A DNA stretch of 64,000 nt. Source: Cenarchaeum sp. (GTDB lineage Archaea; Thermoproteota; Nitrososphaeria; Nitrososphaerales; Nitrosopumilaceae). A program made the position numbers and the translations under genes. The stretch lies in the NCBI GenBank assembly GCA_965242695.1, contig CBDESU010000001.1, positions 64,001 to 128,000 on the forward strand, given 5' to 3'. The notes beneath the pieces are model-generated. The model searched no databases. It saw only the letters and a list, made by a program, of their open reading frames with translations, and had not been told where the DNA came from. Numbering within the stretch: position 1 is the first letter of the stretch; each line of letters opens with the position of its first letter. Positions 61,658-64,000 of this stretch are shown in pieces.

Positions 61658-61776
61658 GGGGGAGTAATCAAGCCTGGCCAAAGGAAGCCGGCGGCTTTTG
61701 GAGATGCAGGACTTAAGATCCAAGGTAGGGGATCCTGTCTCTTAGGAGTTCGCGGGTTCGAATCCCGCCTCCCCCA
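61658..61776 (+). tRNA. tRNA-Leu(TAA) with two introns (D-loop and 37/38)
   Basis: Acceptor stem GGGGGAG/CTCCCCC-A, T-loop TTCGAAT, anticodon arm CAGGA-CTTAAG[14 nt]A-TCCTG. Removing ~20 nt (61683-61702) and 14 nt (61718-61731) leaves an 85-nt Leu tRNA. Confidence 0.85.
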
Positions 61777-62022
61777 TCAACTGCCATCCGGGGCCGCCGG
61801 GCCGGACCCTGCCTGACCGCGTACCGCCGCCCTTTCTGGTTGGAGCTCCCGCGGCGGCCCTTCCGGTGGAACGCGCCGCCGCCGCAGGGCCGCCTCCGAC
61901 CAGGACCAATACCCTCCGCCCCACACCGGCCTAGAGGGGACGGATCAGGGTTCATGCCAACGCACTCGACACACGCGACGGCATATGGTTATTAGCGCCC
62001 CTGATCGTTGCTTGCCGTCAGC

Positions 62023-63180
62023 ATGAATTGGTCAGAGATCCGCCTGAAAGACACAGGACCCATAGAACAAGGCACGATCGGCAACAACAGGGTCAACGTG
62101 TTCCTGGGCCCCAACAACTCTGGCAAGTCCATCGCGTCAAGGATCATCTACGGCCTGAGGCAGCTGGACGAGGACGCCCTGCCGCCTGGCCTTGCCGCAG
62201 GACCGCGCATGGACGACTTGAGTGCCGAGGCCGCCGGATCCCTGCTCGCACCCGCCCTGATCGCAAAGAATGCGGGCATCGACGTCGGGGATGTCGCGAC
62301 GCACGGCAAACAGGTAGGGTGGATCGAGGTCTCCAAGGGGGAGGGGCGCACGCTCCGCTTTTCGTTTGAGAGCGGGCCGGGCTCGATGCGGCACAGGCTA
62401 GCACGGCGGGCCGCGGCTGGAATGGACGTCGCCGCATCTCGGGACGCCATATACGTCCCAGCGGGCAGGACGGGCGCCGTGCAATCGCTGCTCTCGCTCA
62501 TGCAGATCAAGAGCGACCTCCTTGACACCGTCTGGCTGGCACAGGGCGAAGGCCGCCCGCAGGGGGCCGGGCATGCGGGGCCGCCGGCGCCGCCGGGCAC
62601 GGGGCGCCGCCGCAGGATGCTCGCACCCGAGTACCTGGAGCGCTTCAACGATCTTGTGCTGGAGGCGGCGTCCGAGGGGCTTGCGGACGAGGCGGAGGGG
62701 CTGCTTTCAAGGCTGTTCGAAGAATCTGTCGGAATGGACGGCTCCGGCCCTCCGCAGGCATGCTGCCGCGACCGGCGCGGCCTTGTCGGCGGAATCGACT
62801 CGGCGGGATCGGGAGCCGCCTCGTCGTTCCCGATAATCGCCGGCATCGACAGGGTCGAGCCGGGCGGGATGCTCATAGTCGAAGAGCCCGAGGCGCACAT
62901 GGAGCCGCTGAGCCAGCAGAGGATGATCGCAGAGCTGGTCGGGGCGGCCGCGGCCAAGGACGTCGGCCTCTTGTTCACTACCCACAGCGAGTACGTGGTG
63001 TACCCGCTCCTGTCCATGGTGGAACGCGGCGACCTGAAGAACGGCGAGCTCGGGATATACCACTTTGACCGCAAGCCCGGCTCGTGCACCCGCATCGAGA
63101 AAATCGGCGTGTCGGAAGACGGCAGGGTGGACAGGGAGCTGTTCGAAGAGGCGCTCGATGCGCTGGGCACAAAGGCCTAG
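62023..63180 (+). CDS. ABC-type AAA ATPase (AAA_15/AAA_21 family, defence-associated type)
   Basis: GPNNSGKS Walker A, YVPAGR, GSG signature, LIVEEPEAHMEP, FTTHS. Confidence 0.85.
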   Translation: MNWSEIRLKDTGPIEQGTIGNNRVNVFLGPNNSGKSIASRIIYGLRQLDEDALPPGLAAGPRMDDLSAEAAGSLLAPALIAKNAGIDVGDVATHGKQVGWIEVSKGEGRTLRFSFESGPGSMRHRLARRAAAGMDVAASRDAIYVPAGRTGAVQSLLSLMQIKSDLLDTVWLAQGEGRPQGAGHAGPPAPPGTGRRRRMLAPEYLERFNDLVLEAASEGLADEAEGLLSRLFEESVGMDGSGPPQACCRDRRGLVGGIDSAGSGAASSFPIIAGIDRVEPGGMLIVEEPEAHMEPLSQQRMIAELVGAAAAKDVGLLFTTHSEYVVYPLLSMVERGDLKNGELGIYHFDRKPGSCTRIEKIGVSEDGRVDRELFEEALDALGTKA

Positions 63181-63229
63181 GCCGCGCTGCCGCGCGCACG
63201 GCACGGCCTGCCGGCCGACTCGAACCCGC

Positions 63230-63724
63230 CGGTGGGGATACTGCCAACTGCGGCATGTCCTGCATGCACGGCGCGCTTGCGGGGCGGACGGCGGGAATCT
63301 TGGAAAGAGCGGATCAAAGGCCCGTCGGCAAGGCGATCGCGCCGCCTGTAGCTGCGGCGGTCCGGTACTGCCGGACAGGGTTTGGGAGGAACAGGCGCGG
63401 CATCGGCCCCGCTGCGCGGGCAGGGTTCAGGAAGAGCATCCGCAAGCAAAAGCCTGTGGATGCAAGGCGCACTTTGCGATCCACAAGATCTAGCCGGAAG
63501 ATGGCGGGGAGGATCGGCGGCGGGGGGGGGGGGGCGGCAAGCACGACAGGGCGCACTTTGAGGCACTGGAGGCGGCCGTCTGCAGGGGGAGGCTCGGGGC
63601 ATGCCACGCCGCGTTTGCCTCCGCCGACAGGGCCGCGAGCAGCCGCATGGCCGAGGAGTTTCCTACCTTGATGCGAGGCGAAAGGCTCCCATCGTCGGCG
63701 GCGGGGATGCCCTTGCCGACCTGA
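63230..63724 (+). pseudogene. Possible degenerate PIN-like gene interrupted at a G13 tract
   Basis: 'GDTANC...IAPPV' before, and 'KHDRAHFEAL...FASAD' in another frame after, the poly-G at 63522-63534. Confidence 0.25.
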
Positions 63725-64000
63725 TCAGGACTAGAGTGAGCGGCATCCCTGACAGCCTCACGGCTGGCGGGCGGCGGGCGGCAGGGGTGCGGCGCGGGCA
63801 AGGGCGAAAGCGAGGGAAAAGGCAAGGGATGGAGAGGCGCCTGCCCTCGCCGGGCCGTCAAGGCCCAAGCCTGCTACAGACGGGGCAAAAGACGCGAGGC
63901 GCGCAGGTGCCGCACCTGCGGCAGGCACGGCCGAGGTGTGGCCGCGGCGCCCTGCGATCGAGGCCCTGCACGGAGCGGCTGCAGCTGGGCGGCCAGAGGG

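Noticed and set aside
59320-61658. Integrated element between tRNA-Thr and tRNA-Leu
   Set aside because: It lies at the 5' sides of both tRNAs; no integrase or duplicated att sequence seen.

Overview
High-GC archaeal chromosome segment from an ammonia-oxidising Nitrosopumilaceae (Thaumarchaeota) lineage. A host-associated (e.g. sponge symbiont) origin is plausible but only inferred from GC content and surface-protein load. Core genes are ilvD, serS, Pcc1, a DHH/RecJ-like gene, rps15, dam, tRNA-Thr(GGT) and a two-intron tRNA-Leu(TAA). The amoB-amoC-amoX-amoA cluster keeps its order but is spread over about 32 kb. About 23 kb between amoC and amoX encodes three giant secreted proteins: an Ig/beta-propeller adhesin and two proteins with 6 and 5 tandem LivJ-type solute-binding domains. 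All three end in the same Cys-bracketed domain. About 6 kb between amoX and amoA holds a triplicated Panacea/SocA-UPF0175 antitoxin plus PIN toxin cassette. Other accessory features are a DUF2326 (ABC-3C/Lamassu-like) ATPase, a CFI-box-CTERM giant surface protein with a triplicated promoter and poly-G leader, a HEPN-motif protein with a near-identical TPR array, AAA ATPases, and matching 10-bp CTAG repeats upstream of amoX and amoA. All family calls come from motif recognition by eye; no searches were run.
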